Below are positions 1-12,655 of a stretch of DNA of 64,000 nucleotides, piece after piece. Origin of the DNA: Hemiscyllium ocellatum (lineage: Eukaryota); contig NC_083406.1 in assembly GCF_020745735.1 (NCBI RefSeq), positions 28,642,255 to 28,706,254 of the forward strand, given 5' to 3'. How positions within the stretch are numbered: position 1 is the stretch's first letter; the number at the start of each line of letters is the position of its first letter. Both the position numbers and the translations under genes were made by a program. Under the pieces are notes generated by a model, which had not been told where the DNA came from, did not search any database, and saw nothing but the letters and a program-made list of their open reading frames with translations.

Positions 1-369
1 GCTCAAATTTTGAGATATTTTATGCTTCTAAAATATTCGGAGATGGACTGAGCACCCAAAAATGATGATCTTAAGCCCATTCACGAATTTGTGTGATATA
101 CATGGAGAAATGATCTGACCAGGGTTCAATAATAGCATATGTATCTTGAATATTTTGTAAATATACCAACAGTAGGAGGTTACATGTCATTTCACTGATG
201 GCACATTCTTCACTAAACCCAGCAAAGATGTTTGAGAGAACTTAGTTGAGCAACATCCCATGGAAAGACCTTCAATTTGGGCATATATAATGTTGTTTAA
301 ACTGAACATAACTGCGAAAGTTGTCAAGTTCATAAATGCAGCAATACTAATTCCCATAGTTCCTTATAT

Positions 370-650
370 ACAAGGACATAAGACCCAAAAGCAGGAAGAG
401 GCAATTCAGCCCCTGGAGCTTACTGCGCCATTCAATATGATCATGGTTGATCTCATCTTGGTTTCAACTCCATCCTCCATAACCTTTCAACCCATAACTA
501 ATTCAAAATCTGTCTCCTCCTTAAACCTAACTCAATGTCTCAGCATCCACCACAATCTGGGGTCATGAATTCCACAGATTTACAATTCTTCGAGAGAAGT
601 AATTTCTCCTCATCTCTGTTTTAAACCTGCTACTCATTACAACATACCTT
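370..650 (-). mobile_element. CR1-type LINE 3' end fragment (old)
   Basis: Antisense CR1 3'UTR/ORF2-end pattern (gcaattcagcccctggagc...ccattcaatatgatcatggttgatct...gaattccacagatt...atttctcctcatctctgttttaaa). Confidence 0.7.
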
Positions 651-990
651 CTGCATCCAGATTCACCCTTGAAATGGAACAAATCTACTGAGCTTCTTTT
701 CCTTGATGTCCTCAGTGAGTGGGTTCTGTACTACTGCCTACTGTAACCCTACCATCACTGGTCAGTATAAATGTTGGCATTTGTAAAGTTTCATGCACTA
801 AGACAGGTCTTATCAGCAATTCATAATTAAGGCCCAAACCATTCAGTGCAAATTTGAGCTTAAATAGGGCACATCCAAGCCATCCTACAGGAGGAAGACC
901 ACCCTAATCAGATTATTTCTATTTATAATGCAGTATCAGCATGATGCTAGGCATTCAGGCCAAACATTCTAAAGATTGGTGGGTCATATC

Positions 991-1245
991 AAATATTGCC
1001 AGACTCAGTCAGAACCTAAAAAAGAATTGCCCATGCAGTCTGAAAGCAAATTGCAAATAAGAAACTGCCTGAAAAAATATTGCTAAAAGCAAGCACTTTG
1101 TTTAATGAAACCTCTATAGAATAAATCCAAGCTCAAGAAACAAACAGTACGACTAAGACAAAAAGAGCAACTTTAACTTTGGTCACTACTTCAAAATAGG
1201 CATTTCAAATATTTCTGGATTACCTCACACCACACACTCAATCAG
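991..1245 (+). repeat. ~250-bp dispersed direct repeat, copy 1
   Basis: Collinear with 2456-2702 (ttgccagactcagtcagaacctaaaaaagaatt...ggattacctcacacc.cacactcaatcag), with scattered substitutions and small indels. Confidence 0.95.
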
Positions 1246-1249
1246 GAGG

Positions 1250-1470
1250 TGTCTTGTTTCAACTGTTGGCAACAAGCAAGGTACTGACTATACACAACCA
1301 ACACTTGGTTGCAAAACTTAAAACACAGTGTACAGCATTAGGTGTGACTCCACAAATTGGACAACATTTGCTAAATGATCCAGAGTGCGCACTGGCAACT
1401 CTAAGATTGTCAGTTGAGTTTGCAGAGTGGCCCACTTGCATGCAATCAAAGCTACACAAATTAATGTATT
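1250..1470 (+). mobile_element. Decayed Penelope-like (Poseidon-type) endonuclease C-terminal fragment
   Basis: Peptide IGQHLLNDPECA; the homologous KHLLNSPECANSY occurs at ~55250-55320 on the minus strand. Confidence 0.55.
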
Positions 1471-2455
1471 CCCTATATTTGGTATTTTTTCAAACTGCAT
1501 CAAATGATGCAAGACAATCAAACTTCAAAAATCCATTTTTTTTCAGCAACACAGAACTACCAAATGACTATTCATTTAGGTGCATTGACTTAGAATTAAA
1601 AATAGCTTGTTGGGGGTTGGTTATCCAGCAGAATTTAACCCACAAGAACATTTTAGTCAGACAGGATGTAAACATATTTAAAAATCTCAATCAAAAACTG
1701 GGCCTGCCTCAAAGCCATCCACTTCTATTTTCTGGTGGGTATCGTTTGTTTAAATATATTAATGAAATTGCATGTCTCTCATCAAACCACTGCTGTTGGG
1801 TTACACCCTGGGTGAAAGGGTTGCTAAGTCACAGTAAATTCAATAGTGAAAGGGTGTGCATGGAACAGTACCTGTCCAGCACTGCTTGTGGGCTGAGAAG
1901 AGCAGGAATGCTTCTGCTCCCCCCACCTCCCAGCTGATTAAGGTAATCTACATTCTCAGAGTTCAGACTGGTATATTTACAAAGGCCCTATTTAAGTCCA
2001 CGAGAGTTTTCAATACAATGGAAAAAGTTACAGGTTTTCTTTTGCATTTTAAAAGATCAATTTTCTTGTCAGAGTTTAATTAAACTGCTCATTGAGGTTT
2101 TGATTTGTCTGACGATACAGCTTTCAGGGATTGAGATTCATCTGGAAAAAAGAGAGCTTTAAGGGACAAAAAAAAACTAATTAAAAACCATTGATTTCAG
2201 ATAACACCTCCACTATTTTTGATCCATCATTAAGTTGTCCAGCTTTAAACCAAAGTCTTTCTACATTTTGACCTGATTACATCATCTCCCAGGAAAGAAA
2301 GTATTCCATGCAGCATCCAACAGCTCGGTATGAACTGTTAAATATCTTCCACTTTTTAAGTTAAATTCCATGTTCTTAGACATAACACTGCTATCCAAAA
2401 CTGTAGCCAGACACTGATCTCAGACTGGGTCATCAGCTTGTTCAAGCTGGCTCTG

Positions 2456-2702
2456 AAATTTTGCCAGACTCAGTCAGAACCTAAAAAAGAATTACTCATA
2501 CAGTCTGAAAGCAAATTGCAAATAGGAAGCTGCCTGAAAAAAAAATTGCTAAAAGCAAGCATTTTGTTTAATGAAACCTCCATTGGATAAAGCCAAGCGC
2601 AAGAAACAAACAGAATGACTAAGACAAAAAGAGCAATTTTAACTTTGGTCAGTACTTCAAAATAGACATTTGTGGATTACCTCACACCGCACACTCAATC
2701 AG
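2456..2702 (+). repeat. ~250-bp dispersed direct repeat, copy 2
   Basis: Direct match to 991-1245. Confidence 0.95.
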
Positions 2703-5397
2703 AAAGACAATGGAAGAAAAAAATGATGTGGGAGATGCAATTCTATATGACACTTATTATAACGGAACCCAAAAATATATTTACCATCAAGAAGGCTTGC
2801 AAGTAAAAACAAAATCATATCTGCACTTTTTTAAAATATGATGTATTTTGGTGAAAAATAAAATTTCAATGGAATAATGCTTGAATACTTAACAAAGATA
2901 GACCAAGGTTCACTGAGATTGTGATTGTTTTGCAATCATGCTTCACTTATCCACCATTTCCTCATATACCTTTCTTTAATCATAATCAATCAATCTCAGT
3001 TTTAAAATTAAGAATTACTTCTGGCTGCTTGCAGCTGAGCAACTCGACCACCCTTTCCACAAATAAATGTTGCCTTAATTTCACTAATTTTTTTTTTGGC
3101 CTATGTCCCCAAATCCTAAACTCCCCAGTTTGTAAACATGGTTACAATTTCCATAGAAACTTGTAACCTTTAAGGAAATCTGAACTTCCATTGATTGGCT
3201 GAAAGAATGCAACAAGATTTCATGCTTTAAAACTATTGCAGTAACAAATAGTAACCAAGCACAGTTGACTAAACCAGACTTTCTATTTCTCAGGCAATTT
3301 GTATTTAAAGGCACGCCCCTCTGCTTTTGGAGAGTTTCTAAATCCATCACAAAGCCTGATCCAATTATTGTTCTCTCCTGTGTCATGCTGCAACAATCTC
3401 ATGAAATCCTTTAGGTGGCAGCAAGACCCTTCTCATTGACGAAAAACCATCTCCCTCCCATATTTCACCATGGTAACTCACAAAGCCCATTAGCCTTTCT
3501 CCCCACTGCCCACTGACCACACACAATCTTTATCTTTCCGTGATATTTATATAGTCACAGATTTGTTGGGAAGCTTGTAACCTGATCTCAAAACTACATC
3601 CTCTGCCCTCTCCCCTCCTTAGTAATTATAGATATCCTTGATCACAACACCTTTTTGTCTTACATGTAAATTGGCAGGTTAAGTACAAGTATTTACAACC
3701 TTTGATGCTGCAATACATTCCTAGAATTTTGGGATGCTCAGAGTCAACCCATTGTAAATTCAGAGACTGCTGCCACAGTCTCCAAGAGGAAATACTTTGA
3801 ACCTACTTCTCAGTAAAACCATCAAGGTCTTCCTTCGATTGCCAGAACAATCAAACCACCTAGGCTTGCTATCAGGTAGGCTCCACAACAGGTCACACAA
3901 GGGACCGTCCCCTTCATTTACCCTAAATTTAAAGATACAAATTCCAACATAAAGTTTTACAAACTTCACAAGTGTAATTTGGAAGAAAAACATGGATTTC
4001 TAACCCTTGCATAAAAATACATAGGCAGACATATGTAAACATAATTTAAAGAGATAAAAATCTGTCACTTCATTGAACTCACTTATTAAATATGCACATT
4101 GCCCATAAAGACAACAACCTTTTGAGTGACCAATGACATAATTTGCAAGGAGGATTGAGGAATCAGAAGCTAAATTTTTAAAACCATTCAAATGTATTCA
4201 CATGCAAATGACTTTCTTTGAAATGTGAAAATGTACACCAGGACTCATACCTATTGTCAAAAATGATGATGCCACAAAGAAACTATACATCAAAGACAAC
4301 AGTGTGAAAATCGTGGAACACTTTTAAAAGAAAATCAGAAAATAATTTGTATGTAATCAGGATGAATTTTGTAAGATGTTGACAGGACACCTGCACAGAT
4401 TAAAGCCTTTCAATTTTAATCTTCATAGGTAATGCTGTAACATCCACATACTTTTATAGTGTCAAAGAAATTTGACATTTTGCACAAGAATTTTGGAAGA
4501 CTGGCAATATTTTAACTTCACTGAAAAGTAACTGTCAACAATCTATCACTGCTATTTCTCTTTTATTGTATGTTTAGAAGCAAACATCCAATCTCTGCAC
4601 AACCAGTCTAGTCTTTCTCAAATCCAACCCTGACGGCTTCTAGGTTTTCTCTAAACTAATGGATATATCAGAATTAATACAAGCTGTAGTGCATGAGAGA
4701 AAAAAATCATGAGTTTTTTTATCAATGGTCATTGCATTCATTCGCCCTCAGTGAATACTTGGGACAATAAATTACTGTTTTGCGCATTTGTTTAAAACAC
4801 AATGATAATAAAGCATTTTTCTGAAATGTAGATTTGTATCAGAGGTCTTTCCTGTATAATAGGGGCGTCGTGACATGCTTTTTTTTGAATTAGACTGGTA
4901 TTGGGAGTAGTTTATGTCTGCCTTTCCACTGTATATTTAAGACGACCAGAAATGGAGTTGCAAATCCCCAGCTTGGGATTTTATGGACAATTGATTAAAT
5001 ATTCCAAAAAAGAGTAAACGTTGCTTGTGTTTTTACTCCAGATTTGGTAAAATACATTTTAGGTTCTTTTACCCGGTGTTGCCACTCAACTTCCTAACTG
5101 TAATGCCTTGATAATGGTGCTTTGGGAATCAACAATTGTGGCTTTTGAGGGATTACTCACAGGTTCATCTAAGGGTTATCTGCAGCTATTGTTTTTACAC
5201 TTGGCTTTAAGACAGTTGGCTGGACAAAGCAATGAGTAAGGGTGTGATTAGTGATTCATTTGCATCATTGCCTCCCAGATTGTACTTAGTATTACAAATG
5301 TTTTATTTTTGTAATCACAAAATTTTAATAACACTTAAACATTAACAATCTATAAATTGCAGCCAACCTAACACTTCTTGCAATAAGTTGGTATTGT

Positions 5398-5790
5398 CTG
5401 TGGCTCAGTTGGTATCAACTTGTTGTAGGTTCAAAACCCACCCCCAGGACTTGAGCAGACCATCCAATGCAGTACTGAAGGAATTCTGGACTATTGAAGG
5501 TGCTGTCCTTGGATGAAATGTTAATCAAAGGTCCATGTGCACTCTCAGATGGATGTAAAAGATCTTTTGACGCTGCTTCAAAGACTCAATGTGATGGGGT
5601 TCAGGTACTCCACAATGTCCTGGCTAATAGTCATTCTTCTATACACAAAATAACTGTCCAATCATTATCACAGCGCTGTTTGTGGATGCTTCTAATGTAC
5701 AAACTAGCTGCTGCATTTACTAATTTATAGTAGGAGTACTTGGGAATGTTCTGTGGTCATGAAAGGTACCATACAAATTCAAGTTTTTTT
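5398..5790 (+). mobile_element. Deu-domain SINE (SacSINE1/AmnSINE-like)
   Basis: tRNA-like head (gtggctcagttggt...ggttcaaa), Deu core (gcagtactgaagg...ctctcagatggatgtaaaagatc...gtcctggctaat...tcattatcacagcgctgtttgtgg), tail ...gtcatgaaaggtaccatacaaattcaagtttt. Confidence 0.75.
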
Positions 5791-6396
5791 CACTTTAATT
5801 GTTCTAATTGCCAGCATGAACAGTGGAGAAAACATGGCTGTCAGGAAAATCTTCAATTTACTGGCACCATCTCCTTTATATTGTTGCATATTGGGTTGTG
5901 ATTAAAGGAATGAGAAGCCAGTCACCATAATTATTATGTTCTGGGAAGAACAGCCATCTGAATCCTATGATGAAATTACCAGTGTGAATTCACTTGTATG
6001 TATCAACAATTATTAACACAAAGATAGATATGTTGGTATACAGAAAACAAAGTACTGCATATACAGAAGCCATTTGGCAAAGAAAAAGGCATATTTACAT
6101 TTGAGTATAAAATGATTGAGAACTGAAAGGCAAAAAAAAAGGTGAAAGATACAAAGATAAAAGGCCAAGGGAAATATTTTGATCACCATGTTTGAATGGT
6201 CTGAAAGTACTATATAGAATTGCAGAATGTACAGCACAGAAACAAGTAATTTAATTTACATTTCCTAACTTACTTTGTCAAATTCTTTCTCCCTTGTGCA
6301 TTTATTCAGCTTCCCCTTAAATGTATCCATAACATTTGTTTCAACTGTTCCTGGTGGTACTGGTTTTCACATTCTAACAACTCTCTAGATAAACAA

Positions 6397-6765
6397 AAGA
6401 CATGCATTTTTATAGCACCTTGCATGATAATCAGATGTCTCAAAGTGCTTTACAGCTAATGGAATGCTTCTGAAGAGTAGTCACTGCTGTAATGTAGGAA
6501 TCAACTCAGCTAATTTATGCACACTCAGTAATATAACAAAAATGACATAATTTTATGATAATGATGTTCATCATTGGATAAATTTTGACCAGGCCATCAG
6601 GTGACAATTCTCCTCCAAATTAGCATTTGGGAATATTTTACCTTCCTGGAAGACCAGGCTTATCCTTGATTTTACATCTCTTAAGTCAATGAGGCACTTT
6701 CTTAGCACTCACTGTTTGTGTCAAGTCCTAGAATGGGACTGAGATCACAAGTGCTACCAACTGAC
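6397..6765 (-). mobile_element. Deu-domain SINE, antisense, degenerate
   Basis: Reverse complement of the Deu tail (tatagcacctt...caaagtgctttacagctaatg...tagtcactgctgtaatgtaggaa) and of the head (gtgctaccaactga). Confidence 0.65.
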
Positions 6766-7374
6766 ATCCAGGTTGTCACACATAGAGCGAAACATAATGT
6801 TTGTGATAGGGATTTCGCCCAACACTCCGGAAAAATGACCGGAGCCACACAGTACCTGTGCTGGTGATAGTCCACCATATTAAGTGGGATTACCCAAGGA
6901 TTAGGGATGCTGGGTAGGTTAATCCCACTCACTGATTTGCAAGAGCTGCTGGCCTACCCATTTCTAATAGCTCTCAAATGTAGTCAACGCAACTGGGAGT
7001 GATAGCAGCTGCAGGAAATGCAACCATGAGAGCACCAGGACTGAAGGAACCTACCCGACGCCTCTCCTGACAACCTGATTCCAGGTTGATCACACTGTTT
7101 CTCCTGTCCTGGTGCCTGTAAGTAAAAGTGACATAGTTCACTTTTCAGACTCATTACATCACAACTCTTCTGCTTGCCACTGGGTGAAAATCAGCAGCAG
7201 TGGTTGGGGCCCGTTGGTGGGCATCAATTCCCCACTAAAGAATTTAATTAATGTCAGGGTGGTAAGGTGTCAGTGAATCTTCCCACCTGAACTTAACAGT
7301 GGGGAAGTGGGATAGCACAGACGTTGCTAAGTATTAGTCCCGGCTGAAATCTAGTGTTTGCTACAGCCACAATC

Positions 7375-7917
7375 CCAGACTCTTCTGGAATACTGCATCC
7401 AGTTCTGGTCTCCCTGTTACAAGAAGGATATTATGAAGCTTGGGAGGGTTCAGAAGAGATTTACCGGGAGGTTGCTGGGATTGGAAGGTTTGAGTTAAAA
7501 CGAAAGGCTGAAGAGGCAGGGATCTTTCTCACTGGAACCTAGATCAACAACTTTATATCAGTTTATAAAATAATGAGGGGTATAGATAAGGTGAATCGTA
7601 GGTGTCTTTCCCTTCGGGTGGGGGATTTCAAGACTGGGGGCATATTTTTAAGGCGAGAGGAGAAAAATTTTAAAAAGACGTGAGGGGCAATTTTTTTTTT
7701 ACAAGAGTGGTTCATGTATGGAATGAATTTCCAGACTAAGTGGCAGATTTTGGTACAGTAATAACATTGAAAAGACATTTGGATAAATGCAGGAATAAGA
7801 AATGTTTGGAGGGATATGGGCCAAGCACATGCAAGTGGGACTAGGATAGTTTGGGATTATGGTCAGCATGGACTTGTTGCACTCAAGGGTCTATTTCTGT
7901 ATGACTCTATTACTCTA
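7375..7917 (+). mobile_element. CR1/HER1-type LINE 3' fragment
   Basis: ORF2 C-terminal remnants (ctggaatactgcatccagttctggtc...agggttcagaagagatttacc) ending in a (gactctat)-type tail. Confidence 0.85.
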
Positions 7918-9229
7918 ATTAAATCTGTGCTCACCCACCACCAGACCTGCTTCTGGAGTGCATTAAATTCCATCCAAATTTCTAACAAAGATGCTTTTCC
8001 TGAATTAGATTTATTAGAGATCATCCTATATTTGGTCTTTATAAAGATGCATGTATGCTTGAAAATATGAAAAAAAACCACAGAATGAAATAACATGCAA
8101 ATAAAAACAGATAGTGAAATGTACTGAAAAGGATGGAAGTCTGAAATTAAAGCAGGAAATACTGGAAACGCATATGAGGCCTACCCATCCTAAGAAGGGG
8201 GAAACAAACCACACCTCAAACTTTGGCAGAGCTATGTCCTCAACACTGGTTAACACCCAGAGCTTCAATGCTTCTCCATCAAACGCCAACTGACCCCCTT
8301 CCACTTCCCCAGGAGCTCTGTTTTGTAAAACATGAAAATCCTTGCATTTGAATTTATTAAAACCAGTTTAGATCATAGTGCTGATTTCAAGAGAGAAAAC
8401 AAAAGCAGATACTGTTTGTGAAGTTTTGATAAGAGTTTGTTTTTAGGACTGTAGAAAATCAAGGCCAATTTGGGCCATTTGAGAAACTGAAAACATGAAG
8501 AACTAAAATAAGTGAAAATAGTCAAAAACATTTTTCACAATGCTTGTGATGGTATCTTGGTTTTGCCACTTTATTGATCACTGGGTGCTGGAAAAACACT
8601 CAAAACATGACAAGTTCTGCAAAAATGACTAAACATGCCAATGTAATGGTATTTTCTACATATGAAATGCCTCTAACAATTTCCATTGAAAGTTTGCTGC
8701 TATGGGAAAACATCAATAAGAGTTCATGGGGTTTCCCACAGATGTCACTCTTAGTCAGCAAGGCTCATAAGATTACATGCTCAGTTCCCACGTCTTTGCC
8801 TGTCAGTCACATGCCATTTTATGAAAATGGTTAGATTGTACTTGTATAGCACTTCTGCTTCATTCACGGGATGTGAGTATCGCAATGCAATTAAATAAAC
8901 ATAGCTTCAAGATCAATTAGGGCTGGGTATGCCAGCAACACACACACACCCCATAAAGGAATTAAAAATAAACTTTGCATAGTTCTGTAAGTTCTTATTT
9001 TCATACTACAGCATCGATATAGAGGCACTGGATATTGTGCAAAAATGATTTACAAGGATGGTATTAAAAATGACAGGTTGGGACTAACAAGGAAGTCTTA
9101 ACAGGCTTGGAAAGCTTTCTTTCAAAAAGAGAAACTTTACAAGCTAATGGAATATTTTTACACTAAAGGAGTTTGATAGGCTACACGTTCCACAGGATAT
9201 ATGTATAAGTCATTATAAATATATAAGTC

Positions 9230-10355
9230 TGAAAATGTGTTGCTGGAAAAGCACAGCAGGTCAGGCAGCATCCAAGGAGCAGGAGAATCGACGTTTCAGG
9301 CATGAGCCCTTTTTCAGGAATGAGGTAGTGTGCCAAGCAGGCTAAGATAAAAGGTAGGGAGGAGGGACTTAGGGGAGGGGTGTTGGAAATGCAATAGGTG
9401 GAAGGAGGTCAAGGTTAGGGTGATAGGCCGGAGAAGGGGTGGGGGCGGAGAGGTCAGGAAGAAGATTGCAGGTTAGGAAGGTGGCGCTGAGTTCGAGGGT
9501 TGGGACTGAGACAAGGTGGGGGGAGGGGAAATGAGGAAACTGGAGAAATCAGAGTTCATCCCTTGTGGTTGGAGGGTTCCTAGGCGGAAGATGAGGTGCA
9601 CTTCCTCCAGCCGTCGTGTTGCTATGGTCTGGCGATGGAGGAGTCCAAGGACCTGCATGTCCTTGGTGGGGTGGGAGGGGGAATTGAAGTGTTGAGCCAC
9701 GGGGTGGTTGGGTTGGTTGGTCCGGGTGTCCCAGAGGTGTTTTCTGAAACGTTCCGCACGTAGGCGGCCTGTCTCCCCAATATGGAGGAGACACGCCGCC
9801 TACTTGCAGAACATTTCAGAGAACACCTCTGGGACACCCAGTCCAACCAACCCAACCACCCCATGGCTCAACACTTCAACTCCCCTCCCACCCCACCAAG
9901 GACATGCAGGTCCTTGGACTCCTCCATCGCCAGACCATAGCAACACGACGGCTGGAGGAAGAGCACTTCATCTTCCGCCTAGGAACCCTCCAACCACATG
10001 GGATGAACTCCGATTTCTCCAGTTTCCTCATTTCCCCTCCCCCCACCTTGTCTCAGTCCCAACCCTTGAACTCAGCGCCACCTTCCTAACCTGCAATTTT
10101 CTTCCTGACCTCACCCGCCCCTACCCCCACTCCAGCCTATCACCCTAACCTTAACCTCCTTCCACCTAACGCATTTCCAACGTCCCTCCCCCAAGTCCCT
10201 CCTCCCTACCTTTTATCTTAGCCTGCTTGGCACACTCTCTTATTCCTGAGGAAGGGCTCATGCTCCTGTTTCTTGGATGTTGCCTGACCTGCTGCGCTTT
10301 TCCAGCAACACATTTTCAGCTCTGATCTCCAGCATCTGCAGTCCTCACTTTCTCC
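9230..10355. mobile_element. Fold-back Penelope-like insertion (family A): minus arm 9230-~9783 and plus arm ~9786-10355, with 14-bp TSD
   Basis: Both arms encode the GIY-YIG C-terminus (HFNSPSHPTKDMQVLGLL...LIFRLGTLQP.GMNSDF) plus pLTR. TSD taaatatataagtc (9216-9229) / taaatatacaagtc (10356-10369). Inserted in an old CR1 fragment. Confidence 0.92.
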
Positions 10356-10689
10356 TAAATATACAAGTCACCAATAAATCCATTGAAAGTCCAGTAGAAA
10401 CTAATATTAGGAAGTGAATTTACTATTACATGGAGCAGGCAAAGTGAATAGATATTCCAATGGGAAGTTTGATAAATATATGAAAGATGAAGGAATTTGA
10501 AGTTATATTTAAGTAGAGTGGGAAGTATATCATGCTGATATCCGGTCTGTAAATACAACATAATGCAGTGTAAATATATTGACATTCTTTATATCCTTCG
10601 TTTTGCTTCTATGGATAAATCTAACTTTGTTGGTTAAGAACATAAGAATATAACAAAAAGGAACAAGAGTATGCTGCTTGCTGCTCCCA

Positions 10690-10985
10690 GAGTCAAAAAG
10701 TGTGATGCTGGAAAAGCACAGCATGTCAGATAGTATCCAAGGTATAGGAGAGTTGATGTTTCAGGCATAAGTCTTTTATCAGGAAGGCGGAGGAGGAAGG
10801 GGGGCTGAGAGATAATTAGGGGAGTGGGGGCAGAGCTGGGGTTAAGGTAACTGGGATGGTGATAAGTAGATGCAGGTGGGAGGTAATTGTGATAGGTCTG
10901 TGGGGAGAGTGGAACGGAAAGGTGATGGACAGGTAGAACAGGTCAAGAGGGCGGTGCCAAGTTGGAGGGTCGGATCTGGGATGAG
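10690..10985 (-). mobile_element. Penelope-like 3' fragment with degenerate hammerhead, nested in an antisense CR1 3' end (~10638-11172)
   Basis: pLTR motif gctggaaaagcacagca...gatgtttcaggcataagtcttttatcagga followed by G-rich 3'UTR. Confidence 0.75.
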
Positions 10986-12049
10986 ATGACCATTTGCCAT
11001 TCCACATAATTCTGTCTGATCTGATGGTAGCCTCAGCCCATTTTCCTGCCTGCTCCCCATTACACCTGACTGCCTTGCAGATTAAAATCCCATTTAATTC
11101 AGCCTGAAGCACATTGAAAGATATAGCCTCCCCAACACTCTGACATGGAGACATCCAGCGATTAACAACCCCAAAATCTCAGGTCTTGAACATCCAAGCA
11201 GACTTAGTCAACCAATATTTGTTAATAGATAATGATTCTAAAATTCAATCATGTTTGTTCTAAGAATAGCTTTGAAAATAAATATGTCAAAGCATAACAC
11301 CTGTGCAAAAGTGACAGTGTGGATGCACCATAGAAGCAAAACATTAAATTAGATATTAATGCGCAAACAGCAGTCAGTCAATCTAATCATATTTACCTTC
11401 TATTTTTATGAATGGATATCTTGACACATATTTGACTTGCTAAGCATTGCCTCTACATTAACATAGATAGTGTTAACCCCATCTTTGTAGAACAGTGTTA
11501 GAATAAAGAGCTGCTCTAATTAATACAATGGAAATAGAATCATTACTCTATCATAAATGTGACCTTTTTTCACAAAAGGAAGAAAAAGAATAATACCTTA
11601 CACATTTTTAAAAAACTGCTGTTTATTTATGAGAAGGAAAATTTGACAGAATTGAAAATCAATGCTCTCACCACGACTCACACTTTCCACTCACACAGAA
11701 TTTCACTTTAATCTTCCATCAACTGTGATGTTTATCTCTGTTGTACATGGTTTAAAAATGCTTTTAAGTGGCAAGAAACATCCTAAGTATTTGTTTGAAT
11801 GATATTAGAATAATGCACCTATGTGGTGAGTTGGACCCAGAATTATTTTGCAAATATTCCTGTACTTCTCTCAAGGACAGGACAGTGAAGTCCTTGTGTA
11901 TGAAGTGATAGTGAAGTCTTCAACATAAGCAGAATAAAGCCATGTTGTCTGATATTAGGCAGTACCTTCATTTGGAATTCTTTTGTCTGCAATCCAGAAT
12001 TCGTGGATGACATTATCTTTGCTAGTTTTTAAAAGACGCATCTCAAAAT

Positions 12050-12655
12050 TTTCATGCTGATTTACTTACTCCTTCATGTAGTCCTTTCATTCACCTGTGT
12101 TCACTGACCTATATTGGTTGCCAGATCGGCCATGCGTTGACTTTAAAATTTTTTGAGTTCAAATCTCTCTATACCTAATGTTCCTCCCCACCCTTCCATC
12201 CCGTTTAGCTCTGTAACCCTCTGAGATATGCAAGTTTCTTCTATTTTGGTCTCATACACATCCAAAATGATCACTTCCTCCAATGATGATTTGATGCCAG
12301 TGTTGGATTGGGGTGGACCAAGTCAGAAGTCAGATGACACCTGACGAAACAGCAGCACTCCCAAAGCTTGTGATTTCAGCACCATAACCTGGTGTTGTGT
12401 GACTTCTGATTTTGTCCACTGTTGATGCCTATGCATGCAGATGTCCAATGCCCAAGTGATTTTGCTCCCTGAAGCTGTCTGCCTCTCTATTTCTCTCTCC
12501 ACCATTATAATGCTCCTTAAAACCTACCTTTTTGACTAGGGCTTTTAATAATAGTCCTAATAGATATTTGTGGCACAGCACCCAATGTTGTTTGATAACA
12601 CTACTGCAAAATGCCTTGGTAAATTTAGTACATTAAAAGTGCCATACCATTGTAA
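12050..12655 (+). mobile_element. L2-type LINE 3' fragment (interrupted at ~12290-12419)
   Basis: HWLP-type motif (ttcactgacctatattggttgccag), ctccttaaaacctacctttttgac, and tail cattaaaagtgccatac. Confidence 0.55.
12292..12419. mobile_element. Fold-back pLTR-only insertion of Penelope-like family B, with degenerate hammerhead
   Basis: Inverted repeat gtggaccaagtcagaagtcagatgacacc / ggtgttgtgtgacttctgattttgtccac encloses cacCTGACGAaacagcagcactccCAAAgcttgtg. Confidence 0.7.

Noticed and set aside
1254-1937. Longest ORF (227 aa) lying between the direct repeats
   Set aside because: TTG start; only a short decayed PLE motif (IGQHLLNDPECA) is recognisable and the rest looks like non-coding sequence. 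No gag/pol motifs, so not a gene or an LTR element.
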